The notes beneath the pieces are model-generated. The model did not search any database. It saw only the letters and a program-made list of their open reading frames with translations, and was not told the origin of the DNA. The translations under genes and the position numbers were made by a program. 64,000 bases of DNA from Podarcis pityusensis (taxonomy: Eukaryota), in assembly GCA_964106645.2 (NCBI GenBank), contig OZ067043.1. One strand, 5' to 3'. Below are positions 53,201-64,000 of this stretch, piece after piece (position 1 is the stretch's first letter; each line of letters opens with the position of its first letter).

Positions 53201-56200
53201 TGGACTAAGCCCTCTCTGCCCTGGAACTGCCCATTTTTGGTCGATGTGCCATTTTGGGTCTGTGCTTTTAAAGGTGAAAATCTTTATTAAGGTAATCTTG
53301 CTGCCATTGTTTATGGAATATTATCTATTACTCTGCTGCAAAACTGGACTAGAAAGTATGTATCTAGGAAAGTAGTTAACTAAGCTGCTTTATTTCATAG
53401 ATTCCACAAGACCAGTGCAGCAATGATCCAAACCAGTCGGACAAACAGGATGTTGTTTGTATTGCCTTCAGTCCTGCAGAGGAAACACTTCTGATCAGCA
53501 CAACTAAGAATCAGCTCTATCTCCTCTCCATATCAGCAGCTGAGATAAGCAAGGTGAGTTCATTAAGAGCACTGTGTTCTGAGTAACGACTTGGAAATGT
53601 GGTGTTCAAAGTAATTTTATATTCTTGTGCTGCAAAGAACAGAACGAAAACAAGAAACCAAGACAGTCTGGTAATATGACTGCATCAAATCAATTACTCA
53701 GCAACCCTAAAAAAAAGTGTTGAAAGGAGAACCAGCAACATAAAGAATACTCTCAATTGCACAGTTCTTCACCAGTCATGATATCACCACTGAATAACTC
53801 CTATAGCAACTTCACATTGAAAGCACCAGTAACCATGCAGCAATATCATGACCACACAACTCACGGCACTTAGGCCTTTCATTGGTATTTCCATCCGGAC
53901 CATAGCCAGTATCAATTTATGGATATAGAGAGTGGCAGCCTTTCCTGTTGCAACCTCCTTTGCCCTGGTGCATAGACATGTTGGTGTAATCGTCATCAAA
54001 ACAATTCAAAATGTCATGTTCTCCTGCGAGACAGCAAGGACACATTTCAGCTATCTTAAATACCTCTTGTGGAAAATCTCCCCAAGATTTGTAAGGTCTG
54101 TTCTCCAGTCAAATTTCCAGTAGTGGCTGTTTCTGTTTGGACCTCTTCAGAGTACTTTTCTATAGTCACTGGTGTACTTCTCTACAAATGCCCTATTTGT
54201 CACTACACTTTCCAGTGCTTTGATAAATTTAGTACATATCAAATGCCTCCTTTTTGCTATGGAGAGAAGTTCAGTGTTGCCTGGTGTTACACCATCACAT
54301 GAGCAGCTCTAGCTAACATGTTTGTGATATTTCACTAGGGGGAGACAGCTCACTTTGAATACCTGAACCACCCAATACATTCTGCTTCCATTACTGGCTT
54401 GGATACCTGCATTCGCAAGCCCCTCGTTGCTACCTGTTCACTGGACAAATCTGTCCGCATCTGGAATTATGAAAACAAGTAAGGGGACATGATCTGTTGC
54501 ACAGCCTTTTGATTTGACTATGTTGCACAGCCTTTTGACTATGAATTGTACTCAGACCATGAGTGAGTGGCAATTCACTACAGAGCCCCAGGCAATCATC
54601 AGGGCAAGTGTCAGTCCTATTCTGATAAATAGAAACTGCTTATATTTACAGTGGTGCCCCGCAAGACGAATGCCTCGCAAGACGAAAAACTCGCTAGATG
54701 AAAGAGTTTTCCGTTTTTTGAGTCGTTCCGCAAGACGAATTTCCCTATGGGCTTGCTTCGCAAGACGAAACGTCTTGCGAGTTCTTGCGAGTTTGTTTCC
54801 TTTTTCTTAAAGCTGCTAAGCCGCTAATAGCCGCTAAGCCGCTAATAGCCGTGCTTCGCAAGACGAAAAAACCGCAAGACGAAGAGACTCACGGAACGGT
54901 TTAATTTCATCTTGCGAGGCACCACTGTACTCAGAGAACAAAATAATATTAAGAGATGGTGGTTGCTCTAGAAATCAGTTGATAGGCAAGGTTCAGATAC
55001 ATAATTGTACTTCTTCATGGGACTCCTATGTATGTAACAGAAACATAACCCTAGTTCTAAATCCAGAAAAATCCATTAAAAACCTGGAGCTATCAAAATT
55101 AGAAAGCCTATTTCTTTTATCAACTTTAGATTTTAAAAATGGCAATTTTATTGTTAGTTCTGGTTATACGAATTGATTCTCATGTGATGCTGAATTAATT
55201 TGGTTGCCTGACAGTATGAAATGCCTGTCATGTGAAAAATTATTTTTGCTGCCCTGATGTATGCATTGAAAGGGACTGGTATATCTATGACGCTGTCAAG
55301 TTGTCTTTGTTCCCCTTTGTTCACTGTTCCCCAGCATTTGACCTTCTTGGGGGAACTGTGACCAAAAATAGCACTAGGTACAACTTAGTTGCACAGAAGC
55401 ATGGTCTGTGCTTTGATTGCCATGGTTGCTCTTGCTGCAGCACACTGGACCTGTACAAGGAATACCAAGAAGAGGCATATGCACTTTCCCTTCACCCTAG
55501 TGGACTGTATGTGTTGGTTGGTTTTGCTGACAAACTCCGACTTATGAATCTGCTTATTGATGACATCCGAACTTTCAAGGACTTCACTGTACGAGGGTGC
55601 AGAGAGGTGAGCAGTGCAGGGGAAGGAACTGGTGGAGGAGCTTGAATGGGGAACACCAGACTGGGAGGTGGCACAGGCAATTTATGACTAGTAAGTTGTG
55701 TTACCACGTTTGCTTGGAACAGGTCTCTCCCTACACATCGACAGACTATTTTTCTGTGTTCAGGAAATAACCCATACCAGAACACAATTTCTGGGGGAGA
55801 TTTTGCTCAAATATGCTAGAGGAATTTCCCCACATTCTGCTGGAATACAGAGTAGGGTGTGATTCCAGAAGGGTGATTTCCAGGTACATACAAAAAGACT
55901 ATTGCCTTCTTCCTATGGAATAAGGAGAGTCTTCGAGTTAGGTAGAATTTAGGATACTTCTTGTACAGACACCTGAAGTCTCAGGGTTCTCTGTTGCGAA
56001 TCAATTAGGCTAGGATTTGAAGAAAGATTCAACATTTAAGCATTTCAGAAGGTCTTACGCCAGTATAGAGTGGTACCTCCAGTTACGAATGGGATCCGTT
56101 CCGGAGGCCCAGCTGTATCCTGAAATCTTTGTAGCCGGAGGCTACCTTCTGCACACGCGGTGTGATTGAGCGCTTCTGCACACACATGGTGTGCAGAGCA

Positions 56201-59200
56201 CTTCTGCACATGCGCGTGCGGCGAAACCTGGAAGTATACATTTCCGGGTTTGCCGTGTTCGCAACCCTAAAGTTACGTTACCCAAAGGTATACGTCCACT
56301 GTATAGTGTGCGGACACTCCCTTTTCCATTTCAATAGAGTTCAGTGGGACCCTCAAGTAACTTTGTCCTAGTTTGGTAGGTCCTTAATAGCTCACTTTCC
56401 CAGACAAAATCTGGAGCCAAAGGAGGAGCACAAAATAGCAGAATACCACTCTCTGACAACAGATGCATCTGGTTGTGATGAAGGATGATTAGAGGCTGTT
56501 TTCTGCATGGCCTCCAAATTATGGATATCTGGTACCTTCACAAAGAGGTTACCTATGTGAAGTCTCATTGCTTCATGCTGTCTCCTGCTTCTGTCTACAG
56601 TGTGCCTTCAGTACAGGAGGTCATCTGTTTGCAGCAGTAAATGGAAATGTGATTCACATTTATTCTGCCATAAGTTTTGAAAACATCATTAACTTGAAAG
56701 GACACAATGGGAAGGTCAGTAAGTGATGCCTACAATACAAGTAAAATAGTACATTAAACTGAATATATTTGAAATGCCAAAAGAACAGGATTTCTCAAGA
56801 AGCTGGTTTTGAGGCTCTGCCTATGATTGAATTTTTTTTTTATTACAAAGGCACTAGAAACTAAAGAATAGAAGTGAAGGATTAAAAATACTCCAAGGTG
56901 CTCCTGAGTATAGTTCTCTGGCAGTGCAGATATAATTTGGATCACTTTTTACGAACAGTGGAATCAGCTTTCTCCTCTGTTATGTGCAATAGCTTAGGTT
57001 AAAAGAAAGCCAGCATTTTTACAGTACTTTGTAATCCTATACACACGTAGCTGGGAGTAAGTCCAACTGAACTCAGTGGGACTTACTACTGATTTTAATA
57101 GGAATGTGCTTAAATTTCTCTTGCTCAAATAGTAGGGCTTAAAAGTACTTTTGTTTGTCTGGGCTCGGCTTATCAAGAAAACAGATATATTATTTAATGT
57201 TTGTTTACTGAATTGCCAACAACCTGTTAGATGACTGTGGAGACTACATTCCCTCCAACCTCCCTTGCTGTAATTGGCTTCCCAAATATCAGTGCAAAAA
57301 AGACTTGAAATACTCTGAATTTAAGAACTTTGACCCAATGAATTTTAAGGAGCAAGTGGATTCCTCTGGAACTGTCATCAGCCCTGCTTTGATGCCCTAG
57401 TGATCACAAATAGGTAAATTCCAAGCTTCTGAAATGTTTTGAGATAGCTCCATAAGTTCCACCCATGATTACCTACAGCAGTTCAGTGCCCTCTTATCTC
57501 ACCATTTTGTGCTCGTGAGTCCAATTTATAGTGAAAGAAGCTGAAGCTTTGCTAAGGAAAGCAAGGGAACTATCTGGGATGGAATGAGATAAGGCTTATT
57601 AGCGATAAGGGAAAAGGTTAAACAGAATAAAGCAAGTTTGTAAACAGCCACTCTTATGTGATGAGAATTGCCTCCAGGCAACTAGGCAGATAATTTATTA
57701 TAATTTGGGAGAGTTTCATAAATAATTTTATAATTGACTCCAGTATTTATAAACATTTTTAAGTTACTACAATATACACGAGAGCAAGGTGAATGTGAAA
57801 ATGAAGCGAATACCTTTTTAATTGAGTTTTTAGAAATATGTATGGGTTCAAAAACTACAGAGCATGTTTTTTGTTATTCACATTTTATTGATTTGTCAAA
57901 AAAGGCATAGAACTTTGAGCAGGGGAGGACAAAACCTGAGGAGCAACAAGGACAGATGGTAATCTGCAGGCCTTTCCTTGCCACTGGCTATTAGCTATGA
58001 TGTGTTTGGAGACCAAATGTGTGAGCTGTTATAACTCGGAATTCAGTTCATGAACCTAATTCCTGACCCTCTTAGCCTGACCTGCTGGATTATAATGGGA
58101 ATCTTTATCTTAACTGCTTACAGGTAAACTGTGAGCACAAAGGACACAGGGTGAAAAGGGCTGTGTTCTGTGAGTTTCTTATGTAAAATGTTTGATGCAG
58201 TGACACCAGGTAAACAGGCAGAGTACCAAGCAGCAACCTGTCTCTTGTGCCTAAGTAAGGATTGCCTGAGCATTCTATATATATTCTCACTCGCCCCTCC
58301 AGGTACGCGCAGTGGCGTGGAGCATGGATGACTATAAACTGGTCTCCTGTGGCACAGATGGGGCAGTATATGAATGGAACCTCCAGAATGGCAAGAGAGA
58401 ATCCGAGTGTGTGCTCAAGTCCTGCAGCTACAATGGAGTGGCAATATCACCCGATGCAAAAGTCATATTTGCTGTCGGATCTGATCATAGCATCAAGGAG
58501 ATCTGTGATTCTGCGGTGAGCTCATGTGCAGACACTTATGGAGCTGATCAAAGTGCAGCAAACAATGCAGAAGAAAGTGAAGCTCAGTGAACCCAGTGCT
58601 GTAGCCAGTGGCAGAGCTTCATACTCCAGCAACGGGGGGCGGAGAGCAGGCGGGGTGCCCAGCGGGGGCGGGGGGGCAGCCGCAATGGCACCCTACTGGG
58701 ATTGCGCTGCCAGGGGTTGTGGCTTGCCCTCCAGCTTTTAACACCAGTGGTTGCCTATGCCATGTAGTGACAGTTGTGTTCATAGTTTCCTCCTTCTTCT
58801 CTATAAGCGTATAGATCGATAAAAGCAACATATAATTTTTGCTTCAAGTTATGGATGTATTTACATAGCAGAAAGTTCAGCACAAAGCACTGGTCCAGTG
58901 TGGATTTCCCTCTTTGGAAACCTGCCTGGACTTCAGATATCACCTTATTTGTATCTGCCCATTCTTCTAGTCTCCCAAGAAGGAGCCTGGCATATAGTTT
59001 GGAGGCTACATCTAACAAACTAATGGGTCTATAATTGGCAGGGTTTTTCTTATCGCCCTTTTTATATATTGGGGCAATTATGCTCAACTTCCACCCTTCA
59101 GGTATACGACCTGAGCTGTTAATGTATGAAAACAATTTTGCAAATATGGGTGACCAGAAATCAGGTCTTATTTTATAGATCTCCATTGGGATCATGTCTT

Positions 59201-62200
59201 CTCCTGGAGCTTTATTAGCTAGTTGGCTTGCGATTAGCCTCTTAATTTGATTGGGCGTGACGTCTGGCCATTCTGGCAGTTCTGATAACTGAGTATAGTA
59301 AACTTGTGGGGATAGGTCAGGACAGGGGCCGTATATTTCTGTAAAATATGTCACCCAATCCTTTCCTTGGACAGATGCTTCTAACGAGTAGCCCAGCCCA
59401 TTTGTGCCTTGGGCAACCAGATGCCAAAATTTCCGTGAGTCCTTCTGAAGTGCTGCATCTCCCAATTCTTTCCACTGTTGTTCATAATATATTTGTTTCT
59501 TGCTTTTAAGTAATAATTTATAGTTGTTTCGTAACTGGGCTACCTCAGCTTGTAGGGCAAGATTGTGCTTATCCTGTTTTAACTTCAATTTTCTAAGTAC
59601 CCTAGCTAGGCATTTTTTGCTATTCTGACATTCCTTATCAAACCAAGTCTGTCTCTTAAACTTTTTGTTTTTTATCACACTAGCTGTGGTCATCAGTGGG
59701 CGCATTCGGTTGATTATGTTCTCATAAAGTCCAATTACATTTCCTGTTTCTAACAACATTTTCCCCTTTAATAAAGCAAATTCATGGGAATCCAGGATCT
59801 GAATCATTTTTTCTTGGACCTGTGCATTCCATTTTAACCTTCTATTTCCAAGTATCAGATATTCTGTTTCATCCAATAATTTAGGAAAGGCAGGAGAAAA
59901 GAATAATGTCAGAGATAACTCAAGTGGAAAGTGGTCACTTTCAGCTCTGGGAATTATCCTGAAGGTATCTCGGTTAACTGGCACATTATTAGATGTTAGG
60001 ATATAATCTATGGTGCTAGTAAATCCTCTGGGGGAGGTAAAAGTAAAATAACCCTCTTGATCCCCTTGACCGTGCCCATTGCATAACAAAAGGTTATGCT
60101 TTATTATAAGTTCACAAAGATGTTTCCCAGCGCGATTAGAGGTGGTGTCCATTGCTGCCCTCTGACAGATTTCAGGTTCGTCCTCCAAGTTTAGACCAGA
60201 TAATATTGTATTTTGTGGGGAAACAAGGCCGATCCGGGCATTGAAGTCACCTCCCAAGATAAACCGAGGGTTAGGTGACAGAGAGTCAATACTTTCGAGT
60301 AGTTGGTCAAGTTTATCCCAATATGATCTCAGTTCCCCACAAGACTTTACTGGAGGTATATACACACATATGCAATAAGTATTTCTCAGGAGACTATCAG
60401 AAAGAGACAACACTAAAAAATTAGGGGTGGTCAGCAAGGGACACTGTTGAATTGATACATCAAGAGAGGTTGACACCAGCACCGCCAGCCCCCCACTAGG
60501 CCTTCCATACTTTACAGTTTTAAGAGCTGGTTGAGTGTAACTTGTAAAACCCTGTAATTCAACCATAGTGCCCTCTTTTGCCCAGGTTTCTTGAAGAAAG
60601 ATGATATCATGTGTTTGTAGGTAAGAACAGAAATCACTGTCTTGGATCTTGTTCGTCCACCCTGTTACATTCCATGAGAGAAGTTTAATTGTTTTACAGT
60701 GATTTACTCTTAGTCAATTGTTGGCCGATGTGCTCTCGGAGTTTACCAGTTTTTGAGGCAGGTTATTGCTAATGCTTGTGGAATAATCCAGATGTTCGAT
60801 TATTTCAGTCGTCGTACATAAAGTACTCACATTTGTAATCACTGGGCCTTTTCTTTGCAAATTGTTTGCCAATGGGGATTTCTTGGGTGTATTTCCTGAC
60901 TCCTCCTCTTCTAAATATCTCATCTTTGTCCAATACTCCGGTGGTTCTATAGTTATCATTCTGTTGTGGCCATTGGATCTATTATCAATCTCTGCCTCCG
61001 GTTCCTTAATCTCTTTCAGTGTCTGGCTCATAAGATCAAGCCTCTTGATAACTCTTTGTTGCTCTTCCTGAGGGAGATTCCTAAAGGAGCTGAGAAAATC
61101 CTCTTCCAAGGGATTTACAGAGTGCTCAGATTCCTGAAGATGATTGTCTAGAGGAATCGGCTGTTCCTTTTGGCTCACCTGGTTATTTTGATGTTGGGCA
61201 TGATCCTGCGGATTCAACTCAGGCATGTCTGTTTCCTCCCCACCTGCCAAGTCTTTTTGTGATGTCATTACTTCCATTGGGGATCCAGGCTTTGGTTTTG
61301 TGGGCCCCTCTGAAGCAGCAGTCCTCATCTTACATAAGGGTGCAACAATAGAATTGCAAAATACCCGGGTTGGGAAAACTCCTCTACTTGACAATCTGAA
61401 TTTCAGCTTGTGAATTAGTGAGGGCAGTCTAGTAGAGTAAAAAGTTAACATAATTTTTTGGCTTTGATTTGTGGTACTCAAGAGTTCAGTCCTAACGAGG
61501 TCGATCTCTGTAAGTCCAATGCCAAGTAAGTTTGATAAATGTCGTTTGGAACGCTGGGCACCTTTCCAGCTAGGAGTTTGATCTGGCCTTCCACAAATTG
61601 TCATGCAGATCTTTTTTGGTTGGAAGATTAAACAAGAAGAGTTTGTTTTAAGAGCCTCTGCACATTCTATGTTGAGCTTAGGGGTCTGCTCTTGTTGTCG
61701 CCAATTTCCTTTGGTATTATGGTGTTCTGTTGATGCCTGCTTGTTATTAACTGATAAACTGTGGACCTCTTTGGATAACTGGGTTATTTGAGAGGCAAGA
61801 CCTCTAATTTGCTGGAAGATATGCTCAACCGTTCTTGCAATTAGAGTTAATTGGGAGCTCTCCCTCCTTGTTATTTCTTCCTCTCTGAGGAGCACAGGAT
61901 CAGCTTGCCCCATTGCTGGATCCAGTTCCACGCTCTCACCTTGAATACTCTCCCCACACTCACAATCATCTTCAAGAGGATAAAACCGGTTTTTTGTTGG
62001 AACTGTAAAAGCAGATTTGTTAAAAAAGTCCTCTATTTTAGATTGTTTGGAAGCCGGTGAGAGAGCTACATCCTCTGGGTCCCTGTGGCGTTTACTAGCA
62101 GGCATAGCGTCACCGTAGGGAGTAAACAAGGAGAGGTTTCCCCAACCAAAAAAGAGAGAAAAGAATAGAAAGTGCTCAGTTTGTTCTCTGTGTGGAGACT

Positions 62201-63673
62201 GCCAGGGGTTTCAGGGACAAAGTATAGGAGGGAGTTGGCAGTTAATAGCTCTATAAGCGTATAGCCATCTATGGAATCTATACCTTGCCTTGGTTGCCAA
62301 AAATTGTGGGTTTCTTCCCAGTTATGAAGTTGAGAGGGAAATTCATGACTCTTGAGGCGTTGAGAGGATAACAGGACGTTCACAGTGGAGAGAATGAATG
62401 ATGGATTTGTGTACCCTCTGCCACTTTCCAGTGCAAATTTAATCCTTGCTGAGTGACTTGCTAAAAGCATGGTGGGTGTCCTTTCTTTCAGATACTGCGA
62501 GAAGTGCCCACTTTTGAAGTTGCCTACACTTTCATAGTGGTATCTCATTCTGGACGCATGGTGTTTGCCGGAACCTCTGCAGGGACCATTCGGTCCATGA
62601 AATACCCACTACCTGTGCACAAGGAATACAATGAATACCAAGCCCATGCTGGTCCAGTCACCAAGGTAAAGGCCAAGTCAGTCTCCAGGTCAACTTAATT
62701 GCCATAGCCTTTATTTATCCCTTCTTTTTCTGAGTCTGCAGCAACAAATAATGAAGGGAGGCACATCTTATATCACGCAATGAGCCACAAATGGGCATAT
62801 CTAAATATGATATATTTATTGTGTATCAAAGTAGCTTAATAAGAATGACAATAGACAACAGAGTCTCTAATCACAGTAATGGGGAAAATAATGAGAATGA
62901 GTTCTACCTAAACAGTACACCCATCAGCCTCATTCTCTTCCAAGCTGAGTGTATGTAGCTGGGAGAGTGTAGGGGAAATCTCTCTGGGTTGCTAACTTCT
63001 CAGACGCTGGAGTGCAACATTTACAACATTGTTGCTGTACAGTACTATTTTTAAAATGTTATTTCATCCAGAAGGCTTGTTTATCACTTATACTTTCACC
63101 ATAGGTTCCAGTAATGTTGAGAGCAAGGGTGTAGAGGGTGACTGTGCTTCTTGGTGTCATGTTTAAAATCAGTCTACTACTGTGCCTCATTAAAAAGATA
63201 AGACTGAGATTGATAATGAGAGCGAATGGAAAAGCCACTGAAAACAAGGAGAAGTTGTTAATTAAATGGATTCTGAGGAATGGACAGCAGCCTGACAAAT
63301 GGCAAGGGGAATGCTTGGAGCATAATGGGGAAAGTAGAGAAGAAGAGAAGAGATATCACTAGAGGCAAAGAGATGGATATATTTTAAAAATAATTGATCC
63401 TTATTAATCCAACCGGAGCATCTTCTTCTGATTCTGCCAACTGCCCTTTCTTTTCTCTGACTCTCCAATTGTGTTTTATTGGAGTTCAGTATGCCTTTCT
63501 TTTCTCCACAGATGTCCATAACAGCTGATGATCAGTTCTTACTAACATCTGCAGAGGATGGCTGTATATTTATCTGGAAAGTTTATGACAAAGAAGGGCG
63601 GGGGTTGAAAAGGGAGAGAGATGTGCCATACTCTGATGAAGTATTGATCACTAGAACAGACATGGAAGAGAAG
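47286..63673 (+). CDS. CFAP57: Cilia- and flagella-associated protein 57 (WDR65), first 11 coding exons; gene continues beyond the window
   Basis: Exons 47286-47442, 48724-49040, 50369-50655, 51649-51856, 53401-53553, 54339-54478, 55441-55606, 56601-56714, 58303-58515, 62492-62665, 63512-63673; phases consistent. WD40 repeats; N-terminus [36 protein letters not shown]; head-to-head with EBNA1BP2 as in human. Confidence 0.95.
48141..48239 (+). mobile_element. CR1 LINE 3' end
   Basis: GCAGGGGGTTGGACTAGATGACCCTTGAGGTTCCTTCCAACTCTATGATTCCATG, a typical CR1 terminus. Confidence 0.8.
52870..53049 (+). mobile_element. CR1 LINE 3' end
   Basis: GAGAGCTGTTCAGCAGTGGAAC...GGTTGGACTAGATGACC..CAACTCTAAGATTCTATGAT. 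Confidence 0.8.
54649..54927. mobile_element. Tc1/mariner (Tigger-like) MITE
   Basis: TA-CAGTGGTGCCCCGCAAGACG...CTTGCGAGGCACCACTG-TA with internal CGCAAGACGAA repeats. Confidence 0.85.
56067..56301. mobile_element. Tc1/mariner (Tigger-like) MITE, diverged
   Basis: GAGTGGTACCTCCAGTTACGAA...CCACTG-TA; related to 3394-3621. Confidence 0.65.
58815..60713 (-). CDS. LINE ORF2: APE endonuclease plus truncated reverse transcriptase
   Basis: EN motifs [47 protein letters not shown]; RT motifs [38 protein letters not shown]. Breaks off at the TSD before the YADD region. Confidence 0.9.
60714..62105 (-). CDS. LINE ORF1 protein (463 aa from MPASKRHR)
   Basis: Uninterrupted ORF directly upstream of the endonuclease; coiled-coil-like segment ([22 protein letters not shown]) and an NRFYPL motif seen in LINE ORF1/linker regions. 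Confidence 0.8.
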   Translation of the reverse strand: MPASKRHRDPEDVALSPASKQSKIEDFFNKSAFTVPTKNRFYPLEDDCECGESIQGESVELDPAMGQADPVLLREEEITRRESSQLTLIARTVEHIFQQIRGLASQITQLSKEVHSLSVNNKQASTEHHNTKGNWRQQEQTPKLNIECAEALKTNSSCLIFQPKKICMTICGRPDQTPSWKGAQRSKRHLSNLLGIGLTEIDLVRTELLSTTNQSQKIMLTFYSTRLPSLIHKLKFRLSSRGVFPTRVFCNSIVAPLCKMRTAASEGPTKPKPGSPMEVMTSQKDLAGGEETDMPELNPQDHAQHQNNQVSQKEQPIPLDNHLQESEHSVNPLEEDFLSSFRNLPQEEQQRVIKRLDLMSQTLKEIKEPEAEIDNRSNGHNRMITIEPPEYWTKMRYLEEEESGNTPKKSPLANNLQRKGPVITNVSTLCTTTEIIEHLDYSTSISNNLPQKLVNSESTSANN

Positions 63674-64000
63674 GTCAGTATGGATGAGTTTTGAAGTGGG
63701 AAGAGAACACAACAGAAGACTTTGTATCAACTAACCCAAATGTGCTTTATCTCCATGGGGGCAGCACTTACCCAGTACATATCATGACCCTAGTAGAGAT
63801 GTGACAGCAGGTTGAATTAGCCTTATAATACAAGAATCAAACATTGTACACTTAAAATGTAGCTCATGAGCTACATTGCTCCCTGTCCTGAAACCTACTT
63901 CACATGTTATAGGAAATGCATATATATGGCCAGATACAATATATGCTGTCTTTATATATGATAGTTTTTCAGATAAACGTGAAGGGCAGGATTCACCTGG

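Larger units (their letters stand above)
58815..62248 (-). mobile_element. Non-LTR retrotransposon (RTE/RTE-X-like), two ORFs, 3'-truncated, 16-bp TSD, in CFAP57 intron 9
   Basis: Perfect direct repeat ctctataagcgtatag at 58799-58814 and 62249-62264; encodes ORF1, an APE endonuclease and the N-terminal part of RT. Confidence 0.9.

Noticed and set aside
62066-62548. 160-aa minus-strand ORF at the LINE 5' end
   Set aside because: It spans host intron, antisense CFAP57 exon and the TSD, so it is not an element ORF.

Overview
Eukaryotic genomic DNA from a squamate reptile; the Sauria/Squam SINEs, Bov-B, and hAT and Tc1/mariner MITEs suggest a lacertid-like lizard (inference). Manual splicing gives six multi-exon genes in three head-to-head pairs: an unnamed ZPBP/sp38-family gene (-) with SNAPC2 (+), PIF1 (-) with CFAP144/FAM183A (+), and EBNA1BP2 (-) with CFAP57/WDR65 (+, runs off the window). 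Main novelty 1: an intact 10-exon, 531-aa zona-pellucida-binding-protein paralogue that is a type-I membrane protein. It has an extended Cys-rich module, a TM helix, and a cytoplasmic tail of tandem 16-aa repeats each carrying an acidic dileucine sorting motif; the ORF track does not show this gene. Novelty 2: a young RTE/RTE-X-like LINE in CFAP57 intron 9. ORF1 and ORF2 are in one frame separated only by UGA-CUA, with no AUG before the endonuclease motifs (probable readthrough), and the element is 3'-truncated yet has a perfect 16-bp TSD. Novelty 3: a decayed minus-strand gene in the first ~12.7 kb whose large exon is restored by removing transposons. All homology calls come from motif recognition; no database searches were run.
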